Positions 43,777-55,315 are shown, counted from the first letter of the stretch. The stretch: 64,000 nucleotides of DNA from an uncultured bacterium (GCA_963736115.1 CAVTNR010000010.1:96001-160000); one strand, 5' to 3'. Made by a program: numbers and translations. Notes: a model not told the origin generated them from the sequence alone.

Positions 43777-44940
43777 TCAAGACCAGTCAATCATTATGCG
43801 CTCCGTTTGGAAATGCACAATCTCTTTGCCCTCAGCAGCTACCGCATCCAAGGCCTTGCAGTCTCGTGCAGCCCAGCCGATATCGACCTTCTGCCCGGCT
43901 GCCAGCGGACGCTTTTGCCCGCGGTTTCTAACCTTCACGATAAATTCAGGATTGCCCGCAACCGACATGACCACACGCAGGTGGTCGCCAAGATACAGGA
44001 TCTCCCTGATTTCGCCCGATACAACATTTTCCTGTTTCTTCGGATCGTCAAATTCAATGCGCTCAGGACGCAGCGAAATCGTGGTCCGCTCACCTACCTT
44101 GCTGACATTGACAGCTTCGGCTTTCAGCCTGGTTCCATCATCAAGCGTCACTTCGCAGATGTCATCGCTGATCTGCGTGACCTTTCCTGAGAGTTTGTTG
44201 TTCTCGCCAATGAACTGCGCCACGAACGAGTTCTTCGGGCTTTCATACAATGCATCAGGCGGCGATAACTGTTGAATTCTCCCATCCTGAAACACAGCGA
44301 CGCGGTCTGACATCGTCAGGGCTTCGGTCTGGTCGTGGGTAACATAAACAACCGTTACTCCCAGATTTTCGTGGATGTGCTTGATTTCATACTGCATCTG
44401 CTCGCGCAGCTGCTTGTCAAGCGCACCGAGGGGCTCATCCATCAAAACCAGTTCGGGATCAAACACAAGCGCCCTTGCGACGGCAACGCGCTGCTGCTGG
44501 CCACCGGACAATTGAGACGGCCTGCGATTACCAAAAGCACCAAGCTCAACCATTTCCAAAGCTCGTTTCACTTTGGTTTCCTGGTCGGCCTTGTTCATTT
44601 TGCGGATCTGCAAAGGGAAAGCCAGGTTTTCGGCCACGCTCATGTGGGGGAAAAGAGCGTAATTCTGAAAGACCATCCCGATGCCGCGTTTGTAGGGCGG
44701 CACATTGTTGATCGGCTTGTTGTTGAGAAATATCTCGCCACGTGTAGCGGGTTCAAATCCTGCCAGCATCATCAGACAAGTGGTTTTACCGGACCCCGAA
44801 GGCCCCAGCATTGTCAGGAATTCGCCGGGCGCAATGTCGAGATTAAGCTCCTTAACAACAAGGTTCTCGCCATCATAACTTTTCTGTACCTTATCAAAGC
44901 GCACAGCTGCGCCGTTATTTGAACTCATATACTCGCTCAC
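43777..44940 (-). CDS. potA: Polyamine ABC transporter ATPase (alphaproteobacterial PotA type)
   Basis: GPSGSGKTTCLMMLAGFE, FQNYALFPHM, LSGGQQQRVA, MDEPLGALDKQLRE. Confidence 0.88.
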   Translation of the reverse strand: MSEYMSSNNGAAVRFDKVQKSYDGENLVVKELNLDIAPGEFLTMLGPSGSGKTTCLMMLAGFEPATRGEIFLNNKPINNVPPYKRGIGMVFQNYALFPHMSVAENLAFPLQIRKMNKADQETKVKRALEMVELGAFGNRRPSQLSGGQQQRVAVARALVFDPELVLMDEPLGALDKQLREQMQYEIKHIHENLGVTVVYVTHDQTEALTMSDRVAVFQDGRIQQLSPPDALYESPKNSFVAQFIGENNKLSGKVTQISDDICEVTLDDGTRLKAEAVNVSKVGERTTISLRPERIEFDDPKKQENVVSGEIREILYLGDHLRVVMSVAGNPEFIVKVRNRGQKRPLAAGQKVDIGWAARDCKALDAVAAEGKEIVHFQTERIMIDWS

Positions 44941-45137
44941 CCTCTCCCGCTTCTCAAAACTTGAAGCAAATGAGACTATAGCATAACCGGATAGCCGAAT
45001 GTTTCAACAGTGAAAAACGCCAAACATTGCCTCAAATTACGCCAATTTGATTTTAATGCTAAAATTTGTGCGTAAATTTCAATCAAATTCAACCACGGGT
45101 GATTTTCACCGGAATTGGTAGATGCTGCTGGAAAATT

Positions 45138-46005
45138 TCATTTAACCAGTTTGGCAAAGTCGAACAGACCGCTATCCATCAAATGGCTTGGCCGCACATT
45201 GGTCAGCGCACGGATCATCGTGTCCTTGCGACCGGGCATCCTGGCTTCAATATCGCTCAGCATCTGTTTCATGACATTGCGTTGTAGTCCGTCCTGGCTA
45301 CCACAAAGATCACACGGAATAATGGGAAACTGCAGATGGTCGGAAAACTTCTGTAGATCATCCTCAGCAGCAAAGGCCAGCGGGCGAAGCACGAATGTTT
45401 CACCCTCATCATTGAGCAGCTTGGGAGGCATGGCCGCGAGCCTGCCACCATGAAAAAGGTTCATCAGGAAAGTTTCCAAGAACATCTTCCCGGTGATGCC
45501 CAAGCACCAGGGCATCACATCCCTCTTCCTTGGCTATCCGGTAAAGATTGCCCCGCCGCAACCGCGAACACAGCGAGCAATACGTGCTTCCCGCGGCAAT
45601 TTTTTCAGTCACGATGGAATAGGTGTCCTGATATTCTATTCTATGTTCGATGCCGAGACTTGTAAGATAGTTCGGCAGAACATGTTTTGGAAAATTAGGC
45701 TGGCCCTGATCGAGATTGCATGCAAGCAAATCAACCGGAAGAACTCCGCGCCATTGCAGATCAAGCAGCACCGCCAAAAGACCGAACGAATCCTTGCCGC
45801 CCGAAATTCCAACCAGCCATTTTGGCCGCTCGCCTTTGCCCGATGGCGCACGCTCAATCATGTTGAATTTTTCGACAGCCTCGCGCACCTGCCGCACCAG
45901 ACGCTTGCGCAGCTTCTTGAATTCAACTGACGAAGGTGCATTGGCGAAAACAGGATGTCCGCCGGACAAGTCATCGTCGTTGGAAATGGGGGTCATGTCG
46001 TTCAT
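45138..46005 (-). CDS. ttcA: tRNA 2-thiocytidine(32) synthetase; apparent +1 frameshift near 45476
   Basis: [29 protein letters not shown] joined to [22 protein letters not shown]. Confidence 0.92.
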
Positions 46006-46068
46006 GGCGCATGACTTACACCACTGCCCTGCCCAAATGCAACACAATGCTCCAGCGTGTATTAGCAG

Positions 46069-46953
46069 TCAGGATAGTTGCGGCAGATTTGTTGCAGGGC
46101 GTCGTTGGGAAAGAATGTTGACGGCAAGACCTGCCATGATCAGCGCCGAACCCAGCCATTTCCACCAGGGCATGGCTTCGCCCAGCAACAGTGCGGATGA
46201 AGCGATCCCGAATACCGGAATCAACAGCGCCCATGGGGTCACAACCGATGCACGATAGCGGTTCAACAACAGGTTCCAAAGGCCGTATCCTATGATGCTG
46301 TTGCCGATTGCCTGCCAGACAACGACCGCCCATCCGGTGTTGCTCAAATCGCTGACCTCTTGCCAAATCGTATCCATGTCGGAGAACATCAGGCTCAATA
46401 CCGCCAGCGGAATGGAGGAGAAAACCGAGGCCCAGACAAGAAAGGAAATCATGTTCTGGGGCCGTGATTTCTTGACTACCAGATTCCCCCCGGCCCATCC
46501 CATCGCAGCGCCAATGACAACCAGCAGACCTGTGATGGTAGTCTTGCCATCTGCAAATACGGCAATCACCAGAAGACCGGTAAAACTGATGCCGATTGCG
46601 AGCCACTGAATGGGTTTCACTCGTTCATCAAACAACAACACCGACATCAGGATTGTGAAGAAAATCTGGGTTTGAACAACAAGAGACGCGAGGCCAGGAG
46701 TAATATTTTCCCTGATCGCCCAAAACAGAAGTCCAAATTGCCCAAGCCCGATAAGCACCCCATAGGCGACCAGATATTTCCATTCAATATTTGGCCGCGG
46801 CAGGAAAAACACCAGGGGAAAGGCAACCAGCACAAATCTGAGCGTAGCAAAAACAAAAGGCTGCAGTTCGTCAAGGCCCATCGATATGGCAACAAAATTG
46901 GTTCCCCAGATGAAGGTAACCAGCAATGCAAGGAGCTGATCGGTAATTTTCAT
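46069..46953 (-). CDS. EamA/DMT family transporter
   Basis: IWGTNFVAI, about 10 TM helices, two EamA repeats, LLIPVFG. Confidence 0.9.
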   Translation of the reverse strand: MKITDQLLALLVTFIWGTNFVAISMGLDELQPFVFATLRFVLVAFPLVFFLPRPNIEWKYLVAYGVLIGLGQFGLLFWAIRENITPGLASLVVQTQIFFTILMSVLLFDERVKPIQWLAIGISFTGLLVIAVFADGKTTITGLLVVIGAAMGWAGGNLVVKKSRPQNMISFLVWASVFSSIPLAVLSLMFSDMDTIWQEVSDLSNTGWAVVVWQAIGNSIIGYGLWNLLLNRYRASVVTPWALLIPVFGIASSALLLGEAMPWWKWLGSALIMAGLAVNILSQRRPATNLPQLS

Positions 46954-47023
46954 GGCAGCTTGTGTCCTGCAAGGATAGAAAACGCTTTTGCGCGGGTGGC
47001 TTTATTTAGCCGACTTCACGAAC

Positions 47024-47050
47024 AAAAACGCCCGGCATAACCGGGCGTTT
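47024..47050 (-). terminator. Intrinsic terminator after rpsD
   Basis: AAAAACGCCCGG-CATAA-CCGGGCGTTT. Confidence 0.8.
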
Positions 47051-47075
47051 GAAGAATTTCGCAATTTCCTCGCGA

Positions 47076-47693
47076 TTAACGCGAATAAAATTCGACGATC
47101 AGGTTTGGTTCCATCTGAACCGGATAAGGAATGTCTGAAAGCACAGGAACGCGAACATATTTCGCAACCATCTTGCCGTGATCGACTTCCATGTAGTCAG
47201 GAACATCACGCTCTGCCAACTGGCTGGCTTCAAGAACCAGTGTCAATTGTTTGGAGCGGTCACGCACTTCGATTACATCGCCGGCTTTGCAGCGGTAAGA
47301 AGGAATGTTGACCCGGCGACCGTTTACGTTGACATGTCCGTGGTTGACGAACTGACGGGCGGCAAACACGGTTGCAACGAACTTGGCGCGGTAGACGATG
47401 GCGTCCAGACGGCTTTCGAGAAGACCAACAAGTTTTTCACCGGTATCACCACGAAGACGGGCAGCTTCGGCATAAATCTTGCGGAACTGTTTTTCGGTGA
47501 TTGAGCCGTAATAGCCCTTCAATTTCTGTTTGGCGCGAAGCTGCAAACCGAAGTCTGACAGCTTGTTCTTGCGGCGCTGACCATGCTGGCCAGGTCCGAA
47601 TTCGCGCTTGTTTACTGGTGACTTTGGACGGCCCCAGATGTTTTCGCCCATACGGCGGTCAATTTTGTACTTGGCTGAGATACGCTTGCTCAC
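47076..47693 (-). CDS. rpsD: 30S ribosomal protein S4 (GTG start, 205 aa)
   Basis: [52 protein letters not shown]; alphaproteobacterial type. Confidence 0.98.
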   Translation of the reverse strand: MSKRISAKYKIDRRMGENIWGRPKSPVNKREFGPGQHGQRRKNKLSDFGLQLRAKQKLKGYYGSITEKQFRKIYAEAARLRGDTGEKLVGLLESRLDAIVYRAKFVATVFAARQFVNHGHVNVNGRRVNIPSYRCKAGDVIEVRDRSKQLTLVLEASQLAERDVPDYMEVDHGKMVAKYVRVPVLSDIPYPVQMEPNLIVEFYSR

Positions 47694-47828
47694 AGCATTT
47701 CCTTTCAATAAGTTACAGGCCGGTGTTCACACACCGGGTGAAGGAAACGCACCCTCCTCTGCTGGTCGTTTTCACCAGCCGACAGAAATTCCAGCGCACG
47801 TTTTGCCAGGAAAATCACGGGATACGTC

Positions 47829-47856
47829 AAAAAAAGAACCGGGCTTTTGGCCCGGA
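47829..47856 (-). terminator. Probable terminator after the tadG-like gene
   Basis: CCGGGC-TTTTG-GCCCGG hairpin with an adjacent A-run (U-run on the minus strand). Confidence 0.5.
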
Positions 47857-47943
47857 ACTTGGGTGTGGATAGGCTCTCGGCTTTGTTTTGTCAAGCAAAA
47901 GTCTGCCAGAACAACGATTGAGACCGCGAACTGCTTGCCGCTT

Positions 47944-49434
47944 CTATTTACGCAACCTCAATTCCGTAACCTTGCCTGTTATTGCATCGAATGCAGCTTC
48001 AAGTCCTGCCGCGTTTTCAACAAAGAAATGGTTCTCAGGCTTGGATGCGCAATTGTGAAGTACATTGTAGATTTCCGTGCCGGGAGCAGTCTGGTCGCTG
48101 ACGCCGATCGTGAATATTTCGATGGCATTGCCCGAATAGGACTTTTTCGCTTCGGTGCAAGCTGCAAGCGACAGATTGCTAAGGGAATTCGGCAAATCGC
48201 TTTCCGAGGACAGCCCTTCTGAAAACGGATCCGAATCCATGTAAAATCCGTAGGGTGTCCAGTTGTCATGGGGACCATTGACTGTCAGCTTTTTGCCGCC
48301 CATGCCAAAATCCTTGGGATCAAATGAAAACGGGGTTACCGTGTTGGAAGCATTCTGACACTGGGAGTTCTGATACTCGACCTCGGTTGTCTGCGAACCA
48401 TCGGTCAACACAACCAATACCTTTCCTGTACCCGAATTCCACTGGTCGCCCTCGGTAAACGGCCATTCACGCGACAAGGTACGCAAACCCCAGGTAATGC
48501 CTGGCGCTATAATGGTTCCGTCATTGCCCTGGCTGTCAAGCGAATCAATCTTGGAAATCAGATCCGGATAATTGTTGCTCAAGGGCATGATTTCATGGCG
48601 CACACAATTGCGGTTTGGTCCGTCAAACTGGGCGCTTGTTAGCCCTGCGCCTGCCGCTTCATTCATATTGGCATAGCCAGTATTGGTTCCATTGCTGCTG
48701 TTCTTGCACATCCCGCCGTCGGGAGTTGGAGGCCAGATATAAGCCTGCAACTTGGCGCCTGGATCATTTGCAATATGGTTTGGTGCAGCACGCTCCTGTA
48801 CACAGCCCATCCATTCAGTGCCTGCGAATAGGGGATTCGTATTTCCGGTCACAAAGTCGGTATTGGCTTTTCCCACATTGACATTCATTGTGAAGGGCAC
48901 AATTGAAATCTTGCCTTTGCTGCCGACGGAACCTTCAATTTTTGAGATCAGTGATTTGGATGAGGTTTTCAGCTGTGAAATCCGGCTGGTTCCATCCGGA
49001 AACATCGCGTTCATTGATCCGCTCACATCGAGCACCAGTGCAACCTCAACGCCCCTGACCCCGATATTGGCAATCGACTCAACGTTAATCGCCATATTCT
49101 GGACGCCTAACAGCCCCATGAAACTTGTCGGGTGCTCGTAGTCGATTTGGACCGTAAGATCGTCCGCGACGAGGCTTACCGCTACCGCATTTTCAGGAAT
49201 GGTGCTGATCTGTGACAGAAAATAATCTTTCGCAATGGCTTTTCGCTCATCTGAAGTCTTATCAACTTCACGCGCACCTGCGAGCGCTGATGCATCCGCC
49301 ACATTTTGGACCTTGGACCGCAAATTGCTCAGCTGCGAATAGTCGACCGCCATCCCTATTGCCAACATGATAGGCAAAAGCGCGAGAGCAAAGATAATTG
49401 CAAAATTCCCGCGGTCTGATCGTATGAAACTCAT
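47944..49434 (-). CDS. TadG-like Flp pseudopilin with vWA domain
   Basis: RGNFAIIFAL prepilin-like N-terminus, AVDYS, ADASALAGA, MIDAS VLDVSGSM, WMGCVQER, LTDG. Confidence 0.85.
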   Translation of the reverse strand: MSFIRSDRGNFAIIFALALLPIMLAIGMAVDYSQLSNLRSKVQNVADASALAGAREVDKTSDERKAIAKDYFLSQISTIPENAVAVSLVADDLTVQIDYEHPTSFMGLLGVQNMAINVESIANIGVRGVEVALVLDVSGSMNAMFPDGTSRISQLKTSSKSLISKIEGSVGSKGKISIVPFTMNVNVGKANTDFVTGNTNPLFAGTEWMGCVQERAAPNHIANDPGAKLQAYIWPPTPDGGMCKNSSNGTNTGYANMNEAAGAGLTSAQFDGPNRNCVRHEIMPLSNNYPDLISKIDSLDSQGNDGTIIAPGITWGLRTLSREWPFTEGDQWNSGTGKVLVVLTDGSQTTEVEYQNSQCQNASNTVTPFSFDPKDFGMGGKKLTVNGPHDNWTPYGFYMDSDPFSEGLSSESDLPNSLSNLSLAACTEAKKSYSGNAIEIFTIGVSDQTAPGTEIYNVLHNCASKPENHFFVENAAGLEAAFDAITGKVTELRLRK

Positions 49435-49601
49435 GATATTAGCCCCGATATCAGTTTTTTGGCTACAGATATCAAGTGCCAATGAATGAACAGATAAACG
49501 AATTCGAAGCCATTTTATGGATTATGTTAAGGCACCATAATCCTAAAACGGGCCAAGTTCGCTTGGGGCAAACACAATTATCAGCATTGAGCTGTTCCGG
49601 T

Positions 49602-50375
49602 TTACACCGTCAGACCAAAGCCTCTCAGAAGCTTGGCCGTTACCGGATCAGGTTTTCCCCCGGTAAACCTTGCAATGTCGGGTTCAAACACTTCTGTTTG
49701 AACACTTGGACCGATGAGGCTTACGGCACGGCGCGCGATAGCCTCCGAGGTATCAATCCAGTCAACCGGCCATGGAGCCATCTTGCGCATCCGGTTGACG
49801 AGGAATGGATAATGCGTACAGGCCAGAACAATGATATCCGTTCGCCGACCGTCCTTTTCCATGAAACAGGGTTCGATTTCCGCCAGAACCGCCGCCTCAT
49901 CGACAATACCGCCGCGCATATAGGCTTCGGCAAGCCGCGCAAGCATGGTGCTGCCGACCAGCCTCACTTCGCATTTGCTTGCCCAGTCGCTGATCAAATC
50001 CCTTGTATACTGCCTGCGCACGGTTCCAGGTGTTGCAAGCACTGAAACAAGACCGGAACGGGTCCGCTCAGCAGCAGGTTTGATCGCCGGAACAGTGCCG
50101 ACAAACAATTGATCGGGATACACCTCCCGCAGGCGCTCTATGGCAAGCGTCGATGCGGTGTTACAGGCAATTACTATGATCTCCGGTTTCCACTCTTCAA
50201 TCAGGGTACCAAACAAACCGATCATGTGTTCGAGAAGTGCCGCCTCTTCCCAGTCACCATAGGGAAATGCTGCATCATCGGCGACATAGATGAAGCGCCG
50301 GTCCGGCATCAATACGCGTGCCTCCCGCAGCACAGTCAATCCGCCAATACCCGAGTCGAAGATCAATACACTCAT
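49602..50375 (-). CDS. murI: Glutamate racemase
   Basis: [35 protein letters not shown]. Confidence 0.97.
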   Translation of the reverse strand: MSVLIFDSGIGGLTVLREARVLMPDRRFIYVADDAAFPYGDWEEAALLEHMIGLFGTLIEEWKPEIIVIACNTASTLAIERLREVYPDQLFVGTVPAIKPAAERTRSGLVSVLATPGTVRRQYTRDLISDWASKCEVRLVGSTMLARLAEAYMRGGIVDEAAVLAEIEPCFMEKDGRRTDIIVLACTHYPFLVNRMRKMAPWPVDWIDTSEAIARRAVSLIGPSVQTEVFEPDIARFTGGKPDPVTAKLLRGFGLTV

Positions 50376-50376
50376 C

Positions 50377-51219
50377 TCATTTACCTGATAAAAGAGCGGT
50401 CCAGCGGTTAATATGGCCCCGCCCCTCGCGGCGCAAAGCCAGTTTTCCGTCATCATCAAAAACAAACAACAATCTCTTTTGGGCAAAACTGCGTGCATAG
50501 ATCCAGGTAAAGCCGGCACCAAGTGCAAGCCCCATCACAACATCTGAAGGAAAATGAACTCCAATGAAGCTGCGGCTTGAGGCAACAAACACTCCTAGTA
50601 TCAAGAACGGCCAAAAGAGTCGGGGAAACAAAAGTGCCAATGCCATCGCCAAAGCCCCGGATGTCGTCGAATGGCCAGACGGGAAACTGGCAAAATTGTA
50701 TCCGGCATGAAAAGGCACTGCTTCCCATGGGGATGCGCCCTCTACAAAAGGTGGTCGCAGCCTGCCAAAACAGATTTTCAATCCGTTGGTAATCAACCCG
50801 GAAAGGGCGACGCTGGTAAAAATGAAATAGGCGGTCAAAAAGAACCTGTGCCAAACTGTATTAAGCGCCCCTTTGTGGCGATCGGCTGAAAGAACAGACA
50901 TCAACAGGATAACGAAACCGCTGGAATACAATATCCAGTCGGCCTGTGCGACCAGCGTCAACTTGCCAAAGAACCAGTTGTTCTTTGTTGCGTTAGCCCG
51001 AACAAGTTCAAGAAACCGCGCATCGACAAAAATCAAAAGTGCCAGAACAAGAACCATTGTAATAATGCTTAGGACAAAAACGCGGCTCAGCGGCCATACC
51101 GGAAACCGCCTGTCCTGCCTGCGACCGTTCACGAAGGTGATCCATGAACGCACCTTGGCAAACCAGTTTGAAGGTTGAGGCTGAACACGCTTGATCATCA
51201 GATGGTGTGACTTGGGCAA
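50377..51219 (-). CDS. PAP2-family membrane phosphatase (LpxE-like)
   Basis: [28 protein letters not shown]; start codon uncertain. Confidence 0.85.
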   Translation of the reverse strand: MPKSHHLMIKRVQPQPSNWFAKVRSWITFVNGRRQDRRFPVWPLSRVFVLSIITMVLVLALLIFVDARFLELVRANATKNNWFFGKLTLVAQADWILYSSGFVILLMSVLSADRHKGALNTVWHRFFLTAYFIFTSVALSGLITNGLKICFGRLRPPFVEGASPWEAVPFHAGYNFASFPSGHSTTSGALAMALALLFPRLFWPFLILGVFVASSRSFIGVHFPSDVVMGLALGAGFTWIYARSFAQKRLLFVFDDDGKLALRREGRGHINRWTALLSGK

Positions 51220-51291
51220 AATCGACTCTTTGGTGGAATGGCGAAACGAAAACCTGATTGCACGATTTCATGGCCACATGCAATTGCAGGT

Positions 51292-51699
51292 TCAGAGTTG
51301 TGTTTTGCCCCCATCCGAGAATTTTGCAGCTTCATCTCCTATTTCATAGTAGTCGCCCTTGTCAGCAACAAAGATATGCTTGGTCAGCTTTAGCCCGGTC
51401 GGCTTGTCAAAGCTTCCCGCCATGATTGACGTGAAGTCATCTTTTTCTGATTTCCAGAAAAGCACCGATCCGCAATTGGAGCAAAAACCGCGTTTTGCCG
51501 ACTTTGATGACTGATACCATTTGACATGATCCCCGCCGCTCAATTCGATGGCATCGTCCTTCGCATTGGTGGCTGCGTAATGATGACCCGATTGTTTGCG
51601 GCACTGCGTACAGTGACAGGCAAGCACTTCGCGCAACTGGCCTTTAACCCTGAAACTCACATTTCCGCACAAACAGGATCCGGTGTGTATTTCGCTCAT
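51292..51699 (-). CDS. GFA/CENP-V family protein
   Basis: GSCLCG, CHCTQCRK, RGFCSNCGS, HIFVADK. Confidence 0.92.
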   Translation of the reverse strand: MSEIHTGSCLCGNVSFRVKGQLREVLACHCTQCRKQSGHHYAATNAKDDAIELSGGDHVKWYQSSKSAKRGFCSNCGSVLFWKSEKDDFTSIMAGSFDKPTGLKLTKHIFVADKGDYYEIGDEAAKFSDGGKTQL

Positions 51700-51729
51700 T
51701 CAGGTTTCTCCACAAATTTGGCCAGCATC

Positions 51730-51765
51730 AAAAAAAGGGCGGAAATCCACTTGGAATTTCCGCCC
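51730..51765 (-). terminator. Intrinsic terminator after DAHP synthase
   Basis: A-run followed by GGGCGGAAA...TTTCCGCCC. Confidence 0.75.
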
Positions 51766-51791
51766 GATATTAGGTAATTTGAGACAACCGA

Positions 51792-53168
51792 TCAAACAGC
51801 AATTTTCTGCTTCGTGCCGCCACGATCTTCCTGAAGAAGTTCCGAAACCAGGAACGCCAATTCCAGCGATTGCGAAGCATTGAGGCGCGGATCGCAATGT
51901 GTGTGGTAGCGGTCACCAAGATCCTCGTCCATCACCGCCCGCGCACCGCCCGTGCATTCGGTAACGTCCTTGCCCGTCATTTCAAAGTGAACACCGCCAG
52001 GATAGGTTCCCTCGGCGCGATGGATGGCAAAGAACTGCTGCACTTCTTTAAGCACGCGCTCGAACGGGCGTGTCTTGTAACCACTTGACGATGTGATGGT
52101 GTTGCCATGCATAGGATCACAGCTCCAGACAACCTTCTTGCCTTCGCGTTCCACTGTCCTGATCAGATTTGGCAGGTGTTCGCCTACCTTGTCAGATCCA
52201 AAACGGGCGATCAGTGTCAATCGTCCTGCGGTATTTTCCGGATTGAGAATATCAATCAGTTCCAACAAACCTTCGCTCGAAGTGGATGGTCCGCATTTGA
52301 GACCGATAGGGTTTTTGATACCCCGGCAAAATTCCACATGGGCATGGTCCGGCTGGCGGGTCCTGTCGCCAATCCAGAGCATGTGCCCCGATGTGCCATA
52401 ATAATCACCACTGGTGGAATCGATGCGCGTCAGCGCCTCCTCGTATCCAAGCAGCAATGCCTCATGGCTGGTATAAAACTCGGTCTCACGCAAACGCGGA
52501 TGATCATCCGCTGAAAAGCCTATGGCCTTCATGAAGCGCAAGGTTTCCGTAAGCCGGTCGCCGATTTGTTTGTAGCGGTCCGACTGCGGGCTTTTCTCGA
52601 CAAAATCAAGCATCCATTCATGAACGTGCTCCAGATTGGCATAGCCACCCTGCGCAAATGCGCGAAGCAGGTTGAGCGTCGCTGCAGACTGGCGGTAAGC
52701 CATGATCTGGCGCTCAGGATCGGGTGTGCGCACCGCCGGGTCAAATTCCGGAGCATTGATGATATCACCGCGATAGCTCGGCAGTGAAACTTCACCCTGT
52801 TTTTCAAAGTCTGACGAGCGGGGCTTGGCAAACTGGCCGGCAATACGCCCAACTTTTACAATCGGCTTTGCAGCAGCAAAGGTAAGAACCACCGACATTT
52901 GCAGGAATACGCGGAAAAAATCGCGAATATTGTCTGCGCCATGTTCGGCAAAACTTTCTGCGCAATCTCCACCCTGCAGCAGAAAAGCATTGCCTTCGGA
53001 AACCTTGGCGAGTGACTTCGTCAATGCGCGCGCTTCCCCGGCAAATACCAGCGGAGGAAAGCTTGCAATTCGCGCCTCGGCCACCTTCAGCGCTTCCTTG
53101 TCCGGAAAATCCGGAATCTGCACGAATGGCTTTGAACGCCAGGAATTTGGAGACCAATTCTGAGACAT
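51792..53168 (-). CDS. Class II DAHP synthase
   Basis: [51 protein letters not shown]. Confidence 0.96.
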   Translation of the reverse strand: MSQNWSPNSWRSKPFVQIPDFPDKEALKVAEARIASFPPLVFAGEARALTKSLAKVSEGNAFLLQGGDCAESFAEHGADNIRDFFRVFLQMSVVLTFAAAKPIVKVGRIAGQFAKPRSSDFEKQGEVSLPSYRGDIINAPEFDPAVRTPDPERQIMAYRQSAATLNLLRAFAQGGYANLEHVHEWMLDFVEKSPQSDRYKQIGDRLTETLRFMKAIGFSADDHPRLRETEFYTSHEALLLGYEEALTRIDSTSGDYYGTSGHMLWIGDRTRQPDHAHVEFCRGIKNPIGLKCGPSTSSEGLLELIDILNPENTAGRLTLIARFGSDKVGEHLPNLIRTVEREGKKVVWSCDPMHGNTITSSSGYKTRPFERVLKEVQQFFAIHRAEGTYPGGVHFEMTGKDVTECTGGARAVMDEDLGDRYHTHCDPRLNASQSLELAFLVSELLQEDRGGTKQKIAV

Positions 53169-53309
53169 GGGATTACCTTTTACGCTCTGCATCAACAATC
53201 GCGATCTCTTGTAAAAGGATCGCCTGATGCCATTGAAAACCAATTTGTCCAAAAGCACCAATGAATTTGCGCGCGTTATAGGCAAAGACTTCAAGGAAGG
53301 CCAGAAAAA

Positions 53310-53921
53310 TCAATCCGAATTTCTGAATTGAACACCTGCATCCTTCAGCAGTTGATCAAAAATCGTTTTTTCCTTGCTGCTCAATGTCACCGCTCTTGGA
53401 TATAGCGGCTTATCGCGATCCAATATTATCTCCCGGTCGAAACCTGTGGTTGTCTCAATAAACCGGGACAAGCCGGTTTGCCCGTGAGCATTTAGGAAAC
53501 CCTGCATTACGGCATCCAGATAGGACTGCAACAAAGGCGAGTGGTTATCTTCAACCTTCGTCGCGACATATACAAAACGGTTGGCCAGCGGGATGGATTT
53601 CAACTCGCTGCATGCCGAAAGATCAACAAGGTCTTCATCAACATTTACCCGGCTGTAATGTAATTCCCGGACGTCCAGGTCTCGCAAATGGGCAATGTGG
53701 TCTATGATCAGCATGCCATCAATGACGGTATTATCATTTCGATGAACGCTAAGGAGGGCCGGCATTCTGCCCTCTGTACCCGGATCACCCGTAGCGCGGG
53801 ACTGCCAGTGACGCCGCCAGCCTTTCAGTCGCGCAGGATAGGCTGCAACATACCGCGTCCGTAATGTTTCAAGATTGACCAGCGAACCATAACCGAAATA
53901 GGCGATCAAGCTGTCAGACAT
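53310..53921 (-). CDS. Gamma-glutamylcyclotransferase-like protein
   Basis: YFGYGSLVN, GWRRHW, LDVRE, LQSYLDAV. Confidence 0.8.
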   Translation of the reverse strand: MSDSLIAYFGYGSLVNLETLRTRYVAAYPARLKGWRRHWQSRATGDPGTEGRMPALLSVHRNDNTVIDGMLIIDHIAHLRDLDVRELHYSRVNVDEDLVDLSACSELKSIPLANRFVYVATKVEDNHSPLLQSYLDAVMQGFLNAHGQTGLSRFIETTTGFDREIILDRDKPLYPRAVTLSSKEKTIFDQLLKDAGVQFRNSD

Positions 53922-53926
53922 TGAGA

Positions 53927-55315
53927 TCAGTCCTGCCGGACACCATCAACCACCAGATAACTGGGTTGATACATGGTCACCAGTTCCTCGGCAGCGGTCG
54001 GATGAACAGCCATTGTCCGGTCAAAATCATCTTTTGTAGCCCCCATTTTCAGGGCAATACCAAGCAACTGAACCATTTCGCCGGCATCAGGGCCGACAAT
54101 ATGAACGCCAAGCACCTTGTCAGTAGCCGTCTCGACAACGATCTTCATCAGCATTTTTTCATCCCGCCCCGCGAGGATGTATTTCATCGGCCGGAAAGTC
54201 GCCTTGTAGACTTTCAAGTCACGGCACATTTCCGCTGCCTGCTCTTCGCTCATGCCCACCGTTCCGATTTCCGGTTGGGTGAATACCGCTGTCGGAACCA
54301 GCGTATGATCCGGCATGGTCGGATTGTCCTTGTACAAGGTTTCGATCAGACACATGGCCTCGTGGATTGCAACAGGAGTTAGATTGACCCTGTCCGTCAC
54401 ATCGCCAACCGCATAAATGGAAGGCACTTTGGACCGGGAGTATTCATCAACGGCAATCCGGCCGTCCCATTCAAGCTCAACACCGGCGCTCAAAAGCCCG
54501 AGATTTTTTGTATTGGGCTTGCGCCCGGTTGCCAAAAGAACCTGCTCCGCCTCCAGAGTTGCGCCGCTATTCAGCTTGACGTTGCGCAGTTTGCCTTCCG
54601 GCTTGACGCTTTCAATATTGGTATTGAAGATAAACTTGACGCCTTTTTTCTCCATCTCATGGTGAAGATGCTGCCGCACGTCATGATCAAATCCGCGCAG
54701 GATTTCATTGCCGCGATAGACCACTGTGATCTTCGTCCCCAACTGGGCAAAGATGCAGGCGAATTCCAGAGCGATATACCCTGCCCCAAGAACAACCATG
54801 CTTTTTGGCAATTCAGGAAGATCGAAAACATCATCGGAAATAATGCAATGCTCTGCCCCTTCAATTTCCGGCATTGCATTGGGCCTGCCGCCGACAGCAA
54901 TGAGTATGTTTTCTGCGGTCACTTCCCTGCCGCTGTCGTGCAGACTGACAGAATGCGCCCCTGTCACACTCGCGCGGGTATCGAATACCTCCGCCTTGTT
55001 GTTCTCGAGCCCCTTGCGATAAAGCCCTTCAAGGCGGGTAATTTCCTTTTCCTTGGCATCAACAAAGGTACTCCAGTCAAAACTGGTTTCCCCAACGCTC
55101 CAGCCATATCCGGCGGCGTCTTCAAACTGTTTTGGGAATTGCGATGCGTACACCATCAGTTTCTTGGGCACGCAACCGCGAATGACGCAGGTACCGCCAA
55201 AGCGCGACTCTTCTGCCACACCAACTTTCTTTCCGAGGGAAGCTGCTACCCTGCCCGCACGCACGCCTCCTGATCCGCCTCCAATTACAAACAGATCATA
55301 ATCATAGTTTGTCAT
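53927..55315 (-). CDS. gor: Glutathione-disulfide reductase
   Basis: GGGSGG, GGTCVIRGCVPKK, GAGYIALE, NLTPVA, HPTAAEE. Confidence 0.97.
   Translation of the reverse strand: MTNYDYDLFVIGGGSGGVRAGRVAASLGKKVGVAEESRFGGTCVIRGCVPKKLMVYASQFPKQFEDAAGYGWSVGETSFDWSTFVDAKEKEITRLEGLYRKGLENNKAEVFDTRASVTGAHSVSLHDSGREVTAENILIAVGGRPNAMPEIEGAEHCIISDDVFDLPELPKSMVVLGAGYIALEFACIFAQLGTKITVVYRGNEILRGFDHDVRQHLHHEMEKKGVKFIFNTNIESVKPEGKLRNVKLNSGATLEAEQVLLATGRKPNTKNLGLLSAGVELEWDGRIAVDEYSRSKVPSIYAVGDVTDRVNLTPVAIHEAMCLIETLYKDNPTMPDHTLVPTAVFTQPEIGTVGMSEEQAAEMCRDLKVYKATFRPMKYILAGRDEKMLMKIVVETATDKVLGVHIVGPDAGEMVQLLGIALKMGATKDDFDRTMAVHPTAAEELVTMYQPSYLVVDGVRQD

Noticed and set aside
30646-44940. Two potA genes as a duplication or a linked system
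   Set aside because: They lie on opposite sides of the inter-genome junction and belong to different organisms
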